Source: Polyangium sp. y55x31
GTDB taxonomy: Bacteria; Myxococcota_A; Polyangia; Polyangiales; Polyangiaceae
Direction: 5' to 3'
DNA length: 64,000 nucleotides
Assembly (NCBI RefSeq): GCF_029946505.1
Contig: NZ_JARZHG010000009.1
Coordinates: 170,927-234,926 of the forward strand
Shown: positions 1 through 8,701 of the stretch, in pieces
Layout of the letters: each line of letters begins with the position of its first letter
How positions within the stretch are numbered: position 1 is the stretch's first letter
The notes under the pieces: generated by a model
What the model saw: only the letters and a program-made list of their open reading frames with translations
Database searches by the model: none
Told to the model about the DNA's origin: nothing
Translations under genes and position numbers: made by a program

Positions 1-1
1 C

Positions 2-925
2 GGCGAGGGCCTCGAAGCCGCGCGCATGCTCGTGAAGGGCATCGACGCGCGCAGGCGCGCCGCGCAGATGTCGAGCGAGGAGCTCGCGCGCCGCATCAAC
101 CTCCTGGAGAAGGATCTCGCGGGTCAGTCGCGCACGATCGAGGAGCGGCGCTCGGGCATCCGCGAGGAGGTCGCCGCGATCCGCGCCTGGGTGCAGCGCG
201 ATCTCGCGCACTTCGTCGACGACGTGACCCGGCAGATCCCGGACCTCGTGGACAACCACGACGCCGACGACCTCAAGGTGTGGCTCGGGCCCTTCCTCGA
301 GAAGACGTTCGCCGACTGGGCGCAGGCCGAGACGAAGGAGATCGCGAACGCGCTCGAAGCGCTGGCCGAGAAGACGATCGCGCTCGTCCGCGAGGACGCG
401 CACGACGTGGCCAAGCGCGTCGGGCAAGCGCTCGGCTCGGACGTCCGCTCGCCCAGCGTGGAGGTCGACACGCTCGGCTACGACGTGGGCATCTTCGCGC
501 TCATGACCGTGGGCATCGGCGTGATGTTCACCAACATCCTGCTCGGCGGCCTGCTCCTGCTCGCCTCGCCCGTCCTCGCCGTCTACGTGAAGGACAAGGT
601 CGAGGCCGAGACGAAGAAGCGCGCCAAGGAGCTCGCGCCGAACGCGCTGCGCGAGGCCGCCGCGCGCGTGGGCCCCAAGCTCGACGAGATGATCCAGGAG
701 TTCGCGCAGCGGCTCGACCAGTGGGTCGTGACCGCAGGCGAGGAGCTTCACCGCGAGGTCATCGAGGTGCTGGAGGCCGCGCGCACCGAGCGAGCGGGCA
801 AGGCGCCGGCCGTCGAGGCAGCGACGCAGGCGTGCGACGCGGAAGCGAAGGAGCTCACGGGCGTGGTCGAGCGGCTCGAAACCATGCGCCGCTCGCTCTG
901 GGGCACGGACGCGGCCGCGAAGTGA
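2..925 (+). CDS. hypothetical membrane-associated coiled-coil protein, 5' end outside the window (possibly the C-terminal paddle region of a dynamin-like protein)
   Basis: The frame is open from the window edge to the stop at 923-925 (track ORF 26..925). There is one hydrophobic segment IFALMTVGIGVMFTNILLGGLLLLASPVLAVYV flanked by charged helical regions. GC3-rich codon usage matches the neighbours. No catalytic motif is visible in this part. Confidence 0.5.
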   Translation, partial: GEGLEAARMLVKGIDARRRAAQMSSEELARRINLLEKDLAGQSRTIEERRSGIREEVAAIRAWVQRDLAHFVDDVTRQIPDLVDNHDADDLKVWLGPFLEKTFADWAQAETKEIANALEALAEKTIALVREDAHDVAKRVGQALGSDVRSPSVEVDTLGYDVGIFALMTVGIGVMFTNILLGGLLLLASPVLAVYVKDKVEAETKKRAKELAPNALREAAARVGPKLDEMIQEFAQRLDQWVVTAGEELHREVIEVLEAARTERAGKAPAVEAATQACDAEAKELTGVVERLETMRRSLWGTDAAAK

Positions 926-970
926 CGATCCCGGGGGACGTGCGCCCTCGGCCCATGCGATAGTGCGAGC

Positions 971-1702
971 GTGCAGCTCGATTTCGCATCACGCGAGATC
1001 TCGATCAAGCTCGTCTATTACGGTCCTGCGCTGAGCGGAAAGACCACGAACCTGGTCGCTCTGCACGGCCGCGCCGGCGCCGACGCGCGCGGGCGGCTCA
1101 TGACGCTCGAGACGCAGGACGACCGCACGCTCTTCTTCGATCTCCTGCCGCTCACGTTCCGCTCGAAAGACGGCGACGTCTCGCTCCGCATCAAGCTCTT
1201 CACCGTCCCCGGCCAGCCGATCCACGCCGCGACGCGCAGGCTCGTCTTGCAAGGCGCCGACGGCGTCGCGCTCATCGCCGACTCGCGCGTCTCCGAGACG
1301 CAACGCAACGCCGACGCGTTCCTCGATCTCCGCCAGAACCTGCGCGACAACGGGATCGAGATCTCGAAGATGCCGCTCGTGATCCAGTTCAACAAGCGGG
1401 ATCTGCCGGACATCCGCAGCGACGAGGAGCTCGCGAGGCTCGCGGCGCGCGGGAAAGAGCCGGTCTTCCGCGCGGTCGCGACGCGCGGGATCGGCGTCGT
1501 CGAGACGTTCGTCTGCCTGCTCTGGCTCACGTGGCGGTCGCTCGATCAGAGCCACCAGCTCTCGCGCAAGCTCTCGATCGACGGCGACGACCTCGTATCG
1601 ACCGCGGCGCAGCAGCTCGGCGTGACCACGCCGTTCCGCGAGCTCATCGCCGCGCGCATGGGAGGCAGGGCGGCCGGCGCTGCGCCCGGAGGCGCTCCTT
1701 GA
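971..1702 (+). CDS. MglA-like Ras-family small GTPase (MglA/SofG paralog) with a C-terminal extension
   Basis: GTG start at 971. KLVYYGPALSGKTT P-loop, TLFFD switch, TVPGQ, and the NKRD guanine-specificity motif. Strong similarity to the MglA layout (SREINxKIVYYGPGLxGKTTNL...DRTLFFD...YTVPGQ...NKRDL). Confidence 0.8.
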   Translation: MQLDFASREISIKLVYYGPALSGKTTNLVALHGRAGADARGRLMTLETQDDRTLFFDLLPLTFRSKDGDVSLRIKLFTVPGQPIHAATRRLVLQGADGVALIADSRVSETQRNADAFLDLRQNLRDNGIEISKMPLVIQFNKRDLPDIRSDEELARLAARGKEPVFRAVATRGIGVVETFVCLLWLTWRSLDQSHQLSRKLSIDGDDLVSTAAQQLGVTTPFRELIAARMGGRAAGAAPGGAP

Positions 1703-3150
1703 GCGACGAGCGCTCGACCGACGTCGACGCGCTCGGCCTCGGACTCGGACCTCTCAGGCTCGAGGACCTCGTCGACCGCGAGGCGATGCGCGGCATGGTC
1801 GGCTCGATCGAGCAGGTCTTCGGCATGCCCGTGCGGATCGTCTCGAACTCGGGCGTGAGCCTGGCGAGCTCGTCGCGCGAGGCCCCGCTCTGCGCGATGA
1901 TCAACGAGGAGCCCGCGGGCCGCCGCGCGTGCGGCGCCATCGTCTCCGAGGTCAAACGTCTCCGCGTCACGTCGAGCGAGGGCACGACGCACGGCTGCTT
2001 CACCGGCGCGCGTTACCGCGTCGTCCCGATCGAATACGAGGGCGGCACCATCGGCCGCGCCATCCTCGGCCCCTACCTCCCGCCTTCGGTCGACACCGTC
2101 CCCGACACGCTCCTCGCGATCGAGGGCGTCGACCCCGCGCGCGCGGCGGAGCTCTTGCCGCACATGGCGCGCGCGACCGAGGCGACGGCCGAGATCGTCT
2201 CGAAGCACCTCGTCGCCGTGCTCGACGTGATCCTCTGGAGCGGGCACAAGGCCCTGCTCACGTCGAAGATGCACATCGCGTCGATCCGCGAGAGCTACCG
2301 CGAGCTGTCCGAGAAAAACGCGGCGCTCGAACAGGCCTACGAGCGGCAGCAGGAGCTCGACAAGCTGAAGTCGAACTTCCTCGCCACGATCTCGCACGAG
2401 CTCCGGACGCCGCTCACCTCGATCCTCGGCTACAGCGAGATGCTCGTGGGCGGCATCGCCGGCGAGCTCACGGGGCCGCAGCTCGACTTCGTGCAGATCA
2501 TCCACTCGAAGAGTGATCAGCTCCTCAAGCTCATCATGAGCCTGCTCGACCTCTCGAAGCTCGAGAGCGGCACCGTGATGATGCGAAGGAGCGACGTGGC
2601 GATCGGCGCGGTGCTCGCCGAAGCCGCCTCGACGGTCGCGCCCGTGGCCACGAAGAAAGGCGTGACGCTCACCGTGGACGCGCCCGGGGATCTGCCGCTC
2701 GTGCTCGGCGATCCGGAGCGGCTCCGGCAGGTGTTCGTGAACCTCGGCGAGAACGCCATCAAGTTCACGCCGCCGGGCGGCACGGTGCAGATCGTGGCGC
2801 GGCAGATGGCGACCGAGGCGGACGCCGGCGGAGACGAGCCCGGCATGGTGCTGCTCGCGCCGCTCCGGCAGATGATCGAAGTGCGCGTGGCCGACACGGG
2901 CATCGGCATCCCGGAGGCCGAGCGCGACAAGGTCTTCGATCCGTTTTACCAGGTGGACCAGTCGTCGACGCGCGAGCACGGCGGCACGGGGCTCGGGCTC
3001 TCGATCGTGAAGCGGCTCGTCGAGGCGCACCACGGCACCGTGCACATCGAGGGCAACGAGCCGACGGGCGCCGTCTTCGTCGTGCGTTTGCCCGCGTCGC
3101 GCCCGTCGGCGCCGCCTTCGAAGGCGGCGATCTCGGTGCGGTTCGCGTAA
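1699..3150 (+). CDS. sensor histidine kinase (PocR-like N-terminal sensory region, HisKA, HATPase_c)
   Basis: H-box ISHELRTPLTSILGYSEML, then N/G1/G2 motifs up to GTGLGLSIVKRLVEAHHG. The track ORF begins at 1531 but overlaps the GTPase gene. A TTG at 1699 gives a TTGA 4-bp start/stop overlap with the upstream gene. The exact start is uncertain (alternative internal ATG MRGMVG). Confidence 0.75.
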   Translation: MSDERSTDVDALGLGLGPLRLEDLVDREAMRGMVGSIEQVFGMPVRIVSNSGVSLASSSREAPLCAMINEEPAGRRACGAIVSEVKRLRVTSSEGTTHGCFTGARYRVVPIEYEGGTIGRAILGPYLPPSVDTVPDTLLAIEGVDPARAAELLPHMARATEATAEIVSKHLVAVLDVILWSGHKALLTSKMHIASIRESYRELSEKNAALEQAYERQQELDKLKSNFLATISHELRTPLTSILGYSEMLVGGIAGELTGPQLDFVQIIHSKSDQLLKLIMSLLDLSKLESGTVMMRRSDVAIGAVLAEAASTVAPVATKKGVTLTVDAPGDLPLVLGDPERLRQVFVNLGENAIKFTPPGGTVQIVARQMATEADAGGDEPGMVLLAPLRQMIEVRVADTGIGIPEAERDKVFDPFYQVDQSSTREHGGTGLGLSIVKRLVEAHHGTVHIEGNEPTGAVFVVRLPASRPSAPPSKAAISVRFA

Positions 3151-3159
3151 AGTCGGGGC

Positions 3160-4119
3160 ATGACAGCTCGGAGCTCGGAGCGAGCGCGGATCGAGATGCT
3201 CGCGCGCGTGTTCGGCGCGGAAAGCTCGGGCCGGACGGTCGTGGGCATCGGCGACGACGCAGCCGTGATCGCACCGGGCAAGGAGCCCCTCGTCTGGACC
3301 GTCGACGCACAGGTCGAAGGCATCCACTTCCGGCGTGACCTCGTCTCGATGGCCGACCTCGGCTACCGCGCGACGATGGCCGCTTCGAGCGACCTCGCAG
3401 CGATGGGCGCCTCGCCGCTCGGCATCCTCGCGGGCCTCGTGCTTCCCGAGTACGTCACCGACGAAGACCTGCGCGCCATCGCAGAAGGACAACACCAGGC
3501 AGCGAAGGAAGTTGGTACCCAAATCATCGGCGGAAACCTCGCGCGGGGGCGGGAGATCTCGATCACGACGACCGTGCTCGGTGAGACGCCGCGCCCGCTC
3601 GGCCGATCGGGCGCAAAGCCCGGGGAGGTCGTGGCGATGGCGGGGCCACTCGGGCTCTCGGCAGCGGGGCTCGTGCTGATCGAGCGAGGGCGCACGGAGG
3701 AAGCGGACGCAGCGCCGGCGGTCCGCGCATACCGGAGGCCCGTCGCGCGCATCGCGGCAGGGCTCGCGGCGCGGGACGTGGCAAGCGCGGCGATCGACGT
3801 GTCAGACGGGCTCGCGCGGGACGTGGGTCACGTGGCGCGAGCGAGCGGCGTGCTCGTGGTGCTCGACCCGGCGGCCCTCGTGACGGCCGAGCTCGCGCGA
3901 GCCTCAGCCCTCCTCGGCGTGGATCCGCTCGCGCTCGCGCTACACGGCGGCGAGGACTACGCGGTCGTGGTGACGGTGCCGGAGGGCGCGCTGCCTCCAG
4001 GTTTCAAGCAAATCGGGAAGGTGGTCCCGGCCGAGGGCAACACGAGCGGCGTCGCCCTCGAACGGGAAAACGGCACGCGCATCCCTCTCGAGGAGCGCGG
4101 CTACGACCACTTCGGCTGA
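3160..4119 (+). CDS. thiL: thiamine-monophosphate kinase
   Basis: VVGIGDDAAV motif, AIR-synthase-related N- and C-domains, GGNL, and the length (319 aa) typical of ThiL. Confidence 0.8.
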   Translation: MTARSSERARIEMLARVFGAESSGRTVVGIGDDAAVIAPGKEPLVWTVDAQVEGIHFRRDLVSMADLGYRATMAASSDLAAMGASPLGILAGLVLPEYVTDEDLRAIAEGQHQAAKEVGTQIIGGNLARGREISITTTVLGETPRPLGRSGAKPGEVVAMAGPLGLSAAGLVLIERGRTEEADAAPAVRAYRRPVARIAAGLAARDVASAAIDVSDGLARDVGHVARASGVLVVLDPAALVTAELARASALLGVDPLALALHGGEDYAVVVTVPEGALPPGFKQIGKVVPAEGNTSGVALERENGTRIPLEERGYDHFG

Positions 4120-4134
4120 TCGTTCGTCCTCGAA

Positions 4135-4599
4135 CTAATTACAAGCGGAAGGCGCATTCCCGGCCATCGTGGCCCGGATCTGCGTGAGCGCCGTCGAGCG
4201 CGGCGCCTTGCCCTCCTTGACGAGCTTCGACGTGCTGGCGCACATCGCAGCCGCCGAAGCAGCCTTCGATTTGACGGTCGTGTTCGCCTTCGGATCCTTC
4301 GCGAGGGCCTGCAGAGCCGAGCAACACCCATCAATCGAAGGCGCCGCCACGGGCTTCGGCGCCTCCGTGGGCGTGGCCGCAGCCGACGGCGCAGGCGCAG
4401 CCTCGGTCGGCGCAGCGCTGCCGGCCGCCGACCCTTGCGCCGCCTGCGGCGTATCTTCCGTGGCCTTGACCGGCGCAGGAGCCGCCGAAGGAATCGGAAC
4501 AGCCTGAGGCGCCTCTTCCTCCTTCTTGCAGCCGGTGAAGAGCAACGCGCCGAGAGCAAACGTGAGCAGGGCGGAGCACGCGCGAGCGGAAGTGAGCAT
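4135..4599 (-). CDS. Ala/Pro-rich lipoprotein, hypothetical
   Basis: Signal peptide with lipobox LLFTGC, a low-complexity Ala/Pro linker, and a Cys-containing C-terminal domain. Located downstream of nrdJ on the same strand. Confidence 0.55.
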   Translation of the reverse strand: MLTSARACSALLTFALGALLFTGCKKEEEAPQAVPIPSAAPAPVKATEDTPQAAQGSAAGSAAPTEAAPAPSAAATPTEAPKPVAAPSIDGCCSALQALAKDPKANTTVKSKAASAAAMCASTSKLVKEGKAPRSTALTQIRATMAGNAPSACN

Positions 4600-4675
4600 G
4601 AACGCCGTTTACCCGTGTTTCAGGGCGGCGGCTACTTTCGAGGCGGCGTGGCGCCGGGGTTTCACCCCGGGCCCG

Positions 4676-4727
4676 ACCAGGGGTTGTCCACCCCTGGACC
4701 CGGACCAGGCACGGCCTGGACCGAGGG
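4676..4727. repeat. partial copy of the same repeat family as the 19915-20200 TIRs
   Basis: GGGGTTGTCCACCCCTGGACCCGGACCAGGCACGGCCTGGACCGAGGG is about 85% identical to the TIR consensus GGGGCTGTCCGCCCCTCGACCCGGACCAGGGCAAGCCCTGGACTCAGGG. Confidence 0.35.
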
Positions 4728-4728
4728 T

Positions 4729-4753
4729 GCATCGACCGCGATGCGGTCGATGC
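4729..4753 (-). terminator. perfect 11-bp-stem hairpin (GCATCGACCGC-gat-GCGGTCGATGC) 10 nt downstream of the nrdJ stop
   Basis: The inverted repeat is seen directly in the sequence. No U-tract follows, so this may be an RNA-stabilising or attenuating hairpin rather than a strong intrinsic terminator. Confidence 0.4.
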
Positions 4754-4763
4754 AGTCGGAGGT

Positions 4764-7700
4764 TTAGCTGCAACCCATGCTGTTGCCGCAGTTCAGGCAC
4801 TTGTAGCAAGCGCCGTTGCGGACGGTGATGTGGCCGCAACCGTCGCACACCGGCGCGTCGCCCATCATGTCCTCGAGCTGCGCATCGAGCGCGCTCGTGA
4901 CGCGCTCCTGCGCCTCGACGCGAGGCGCCGCGGCAGGCAGCGCCGGCGCAGCCGAAGAGCTCTCCTGCGCCCGCGTCTCCGCCGGATCCTGGATCGTCGC
5001 CGCCGGCTGCGGCTGCACATGCGCGAGGTCGTACCGGTGCAGGTACTCGATGCCGAGGATACGGAAGATGTAGTCGACGATCGACGTCGACAGCTTCACG
5101 TAGTCATGCCCCTCGACCACACCCTGCGGCTCGAAGCGCGTGAACGTGAACTGATCGACGAAGGTCTCGAGCGGCACGCCGTACTGCAGGCCCACCGAAA
5201 CGCTCATGGCAAAGCAGTTCATGAGCGAGCGGAAGGCCGCGCCCTCCTTGTGCATGTCGATGAAGATCTCGCCGAGCGTGCCATCGACATACTCGCCGGT
5301 GCGGACGAAGATCTTGTGCCCGCCGACCGTCGCCTCCTGCGTGAAGCCCGTGCGCTTCTTCGGCAGTCGCACCCGCGCACCCGTCGGGCGAAGCGCAGGG
5401 ACCGCAGGCGCCTGCGTCGCCGCCACGACCTCGGCCGGAGCCGCGGCCTTCGCCTCGGCCTTCTCCGCCTTCTCCTCCTTCGAATCACCCGACGCCGAGA
5501 GCGGCTGCGACGCCTTGCAGCCGTCGCGGTAAAGCGCGACCGCCTTCAAGCCGAGGCGCCAGCCCTCCTCGTAGATCTTCTGCACCTCGTCGACCGTCGC
5601 CTCGTTCGGCAGGTTCACCGTCTTCGAGATGGCACCCGAAAGGAACGGCTGCGCCGCCGCCATCATCCGCACGTGCGACATCGGCGCGAGGAACCGCTTG
5701 CCGATCTTCCCGCACCGGTTCGCGCAATCGAACACCGCGTAGTGCTCTTCGCGCAGGTGCGGCGCGCCCTCGACCGTCATGCGACCGACGATGACCTCGT
5801 TCGCCTCGGCGATCTCCGACGACGAGAACCCGAGCGCGCGGAGCAGCGAGAAGCCGGGCGTCTGGCGCTGCTCGGGCGTGATGCCGAGCCGCACGTACGC
5901 CTCTTCGCCGAGCACCCACGGGCTGAACGCGAGCCCGAGATCGAAGACGCCCGGGATGGCCGCCTCGATCTTCGCGAGGTCGTCATTCGTGAAGCCGCGC
6001 TGCTTGAGCGACGCGCGATTCACGTTCGGCGCGGCGAGCAGCGTGTTCGTGCCCGAGACGTAGGCGACGATCTCCTGCACCTCGTGCTCGCTGTAGCCGA
6101 GCCGGCGCAAAGCCTCCGGCACCGACTGGTTCACGATCTTGAAGTACCCGCCGCCCGCGAGCTTCTTGAACTTCACGAGCGCGAAGTCGGGCTCGATGCC
6201 CGTCGTGTCGCAGTCCATGAGCAGGCCGATCGTCCCGGTCGGCGCGAGCACCGTCGCCTGCGCGTTGCGGTAGCCGTTCTGCTGGCCGATGCGCACCGCC
6301 TCGTCCCAGTCCGCGCACGCCGCGCGCCAGAGCGGCTCCGGGCACTTCTCCCGATCGATCGCGTACGCCGCGTCGCGGTGCAGACCCATCACCCGCAGCA
6401 TCGGCTCGCGGTTCTTCGCGTAGCCCGGGAACGGCCCGCGTGAACCGGCCATCTCGGCCGAGACCTTGTACGCATGGCCGCACATGATCGCCGTGATGGC
6501 GCCGGCCACCGCGCGCCCCTGGTCCGAGTCGTACGGGATGCCGAGGAGCATGAGCAGCGTGCCGAGGTTGGCGTACCCGAGCCCGAGCGGCCGGTAGTCG
6601 TGCGAGTTCCGCGCGATGGACTTCGTCGGGTAGGACGAGAAATCCACGAGGATCTCCTGCGCCACGAAGAAGACACGCGTCGCGTGGCGGAAGCCCTCGA
6701 TGTCGAAGGTGCCGTCGGTGCGGAGGAACTTCGTGAGGTTCAGGCTCGCGAGGTTACAAGCCGTGTCGTCGAGGAACATGTACTCGGAGCACGGGTTGCT
6801 CGCGTTGATCCGGCCCGAGTTCGGGCAGGTGTGCCAGCGGTTGATGGTCGAGTCGTACTGGACGCCGGGGTCGGCGCAGGCCCACGCCGCATCGGCGACC
6901 AAACGCCAGAGGTCCTTCGCGTTCAGGGTCTCGACGACCTCGCCCGTCGTGCGAGCCCGCGTCTCCCAAGTGCCCCCGGTGGACACCGCACGCATGAAGT
7001 CGTCGGTGACGCGGACCGAGTTGTTCGAGTTCTGGCCGCTGACCGTGTGGTAGGCCTCGCCGTTGAAGTCCGCGGACATGCCGGCGCCGATGAGCATCTG
7101 CGCCTTGCGCTCCTCGCGGACCTTCCACTGGATGAAGTCGACGATCTCGGGATGGTCCATGTCGAGGCAGACCATCTTCGCGGCGCGGCGCGTCGTGCCG
7201 CCGCTCTTCGTCGCCCCGGCTGCGCGGTCGAAGACCTCGAGGAAGCTCATGAGCCCCGAGCTCGTCCCGCCGCCCGAGAGCTTCTCCTGCTTGCCGCGGA
7301 TGGTGCTGAAGTTCGTGCCCGTGCCCGACCCGTACTTGAAGAGCCGCGCCTCGCTCTTCACGAGGTCGTAGATGCTCATCAGGTCGTCGTTGATCGACTG
7401 GATGAAGCAAGCCGAGCACTGCGGCCGCTCGTACGCGTTCGAGAGCTCGACGATCGAGCCGTCGCCCTCCTCGCGGTCGAAGGGCTGCTTTTGCTCGGTC
7501 CAGGCGTAGTTGCCGCCGGCCCCGACGATGCCGTAGCGGTGGTAGAGGCCGCAGTTGAACCAGACGGGCGAGTTGAAGGCGCCGTACTGGTTCACGAGGA
7601 GGAAGGTGAGCTCCGCCTCGAAGACCTCCGCCTCCTTGGTGCTGGCGAAGTAGCCGCCGAAGGTCTCGCCCGCCTCGCGGATCGTCTTGGCGAGGCGCTC

Positions 7701-8111
7701 GACCACCTGGCGCACGCTGGTCTCGCCGAGCTCCTTCTTCCCGTGGAGGCCGGCTTTGCGGAAGTACTTGGAGACGACGATGTCCGTCGCGAGCTGCGAC
7801 CAGCCCGCCGGCACCTCGGCCCCCTCCATCTTGAAGACCACGGAGCCGTCGGGGTTGTTGATGACGCTCGAGCGGCGCTCCCAGGTGACCTCGTCGAGCG
7901 GGTTCGTGCCCCGGTGCGTGAAGACCCGGTCGAAGGTGAGGCCACGCGTACGTGCCGCCTTCTTCGCCTCCTTCGCGGAGACCGCCGCCCCGGCCGCCGC
8001 GGCCGCCGCGGTCTTGCCGGGCTTGTCCGAGGTACGGGCCGCGCGCTTCGTGCCCTCCCCTGACGACTTCGCCACCTTCCCGCCTTCCTCACCGATCGTC
8101 GGCTGCGCCAT
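4764..8111 (-). CDS. nrdJ: adenosylcobalamin-dependent ribonucleoside-diphosphate reductase (class II RNR)
   Basis: 1115 aa. Active-site region [21 protein letters not shown], an N-terminal ATP-cone-like region, and a C-terminal Cys cluster [21 protein letters not shown]. Length and motifs are typical of NrdJ. Confidence 0.9.
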   Translation of the reverse strand: MAQPTIGEEGGKVAKSSGEGTKRAARTSDKPGKTAAAAAAGAAVSAKEAKKAARTRGLTFDRVFTHRGTNPLDEVTWERRSSVINNPDGSVVFKMEGAEVPAGWSQLATDIVVSKYFRKAGLHGKKELGETSVRQVVERLAKTIREAGETFGGYFASTKEAEVFEAELTFLLVNQYGAFNSPVWFNCGLYHRYGIVGAGGNYAWTEQKQPFDREEGDGSIVELSNAYERPQCSACFIQSINDDLMSIYDLVKSEARLFKYGSGTGTNFSTIRGKQEKLSGGGTSSGLMSFLEVFDRAAGATKSGGTTRRAAKMVCLDMDHPEIVDFIQWKVREERKAQMLIGAGMSADFNGEAYHTVSGQNSNNSVRVTDDFMRAVSTGGTWETRARTTGEVVETLNAKDLWRLVADAAWACADPGVQYDSTINRWHTCPNSGRINASNPCSEYMFLDDTACNLASLNLTKFLRTDGTFDIEGFRHATRVFFVAQEILVDFSSYPTKSIARNSHDYRPLGLGYANLGTLLMLLGIPYDSDQGRAVAGAITAIMCGHAYKVSAEMAGSRGPFPGYAKNREPMLRVMGLHRDAAYAIDREKCPEPLWRAACADWDEAVRIGQQNGYRNAQATVLAPTGTIGLLMDCDTTGIEPDFALVKFKKLAGGGYFKIVNQSVPEALRRLGYSEHEVQEIVAYVSGTNTLLAAPNVNRASLKQRGFTNDDLAKIEAAIPGVFDLGLAFSPWVLGEEAYVRLGITPEQRQTPGFSLLRALGFSSSEIAEANEVIVGRMTVEGAPHLREEHYAVFDCANRCGKIGKRFLAPMSHVRMMAAAQPFLSGAISKTVNLPNEATVDEVQKIYEEGWRLGLKAVALYRDGCKASQPLSASGDSKEEKAEKAEAKAAAPAEVVAATQAPAVPALRPTGARVRLPKKRTGFTQEATVGGHKIFVRTGEYVDGTLGEIFIDMHKEGAAFRSLMNCFAMSVSVGLQYGVPLETFVDQFTFTRFEPQGVVEGHDYVKLSTSIVDYIFRILGIEYLHRYDLAHVQPQPAATIQDPAETRAQESSSAAPALPAAAPRVEAQERVTSALDAQLEDMMGDAPVCDGCGHITVRNGACYKCLNCGNSMGCS

Positions 8112-8330
8112 CTACATGTCTCCCAAGATGGAAAACGTCGCCTGCCCGTACGAACCGCTCCGAGAATCGTACAGTGGCGACGCTGCATTGGCAGGCCCGC
8201 GGCACTGCCTCTGCTTTTGTTCAGGAGTAATTCGAATTCGTTTGCCGCGCCGGGCTCGACTCACCCCGGCGGGCGGCCCCGCTGCCGACGGGTAAACCCC
8301 ACCGGCAGCGTCCAGGTCGCCGTCGTACCC
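8112..8330 (-). promoter_or_regulatory. long nrdJ 5' leader carrying a B12-box-like GCCACTG element and riboswitch-like helices (candidate cobalamin-responsive or other structured leader)
   Basis: On the transcribed strand the leader reads ...CCGGGGTGAGTCGAGCCCGGCGCGG...GTCGCCACTGTACGA(hairpin)TCGTACGGGCAGGCGAC. Compare the cobalamin riboswitch core GGTG-AA-CCGG-GC-G, the B12 box GCCACTG, and GGGAAGGC. Element order is only partly canonical and I could not fold it fully by eye. Confidence 0.25.
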
Positions 8331-8517
8331 CAACCCCTAGCGTCCAGGCAAGCCCTCAAGATCAGGATGAGGGTTCAGCACACCAAACCACATGAACCGC
8401 TGCGCCCCTGTGGATTTGTCCCGGCTCAGCCTGGTTTTTCTGAACAAAGACCGAGATATGGAGCGCCTCGGGCAAACCTCCGGTGGCCCCGCTTGGCAGG
8501 AAAATTCCGTTTATCAT

Positions 8518-8551
8518 CCCACACTGATTCCAATTCGGTCGAATTGTGTGG
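8518..8551. promoter_or_regulatory. 33-bp imperfect palindrome CCACACTGATTCCAATTCGGTCGAATTGTGTGG in the AT-rich nrdJ promoter region (candidate NrdR-type or other operator)
   Basis: CACAC...GTGTG outer arms with a nested AATTCGgtCGAATT palindrome. It lies in a patch (8440-8600) whose GC is far below the genome average, about 400 nt upstream of the nrdJ ATG. Confidence 0.3.
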
Positions 8552-8701
8552 ACCTGCCAAATGTAAGGAAACAACGCATTGACAACGCAAAGCGTGACGG
8601 TTCAGGCGCCGCCGCCGCTGCGCGGTGCGTAGCGTCGTTCCCACCGCGCGCCACGAAAAAGGATGGAACGCGCAGATCTTGCGGGATCTCTTGGGGAAAC
8701 G

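Noticed and set aside
1546-3522. 658-aa minus-strand ORF
   Set aside because: It is antisense to the histidine kinase and thiL. Arg/Asp/Val/Leu-rich junk composition is typical of open antisense frames in 70% GC DNA.
4830-8063. 537-aa and 529-aa plus-strand ORFs (4830..6443, 6474..8063)
   Set aside because: They are antisense to nrdJ, which has unambiguous conserved RNR motifs.
8112-8700. Short ORFs in the nrdJ upstream region (8217..8582 and others)
   Set aside because: There is no RBS or start context, and the region is better explained as promoter and structured leader.
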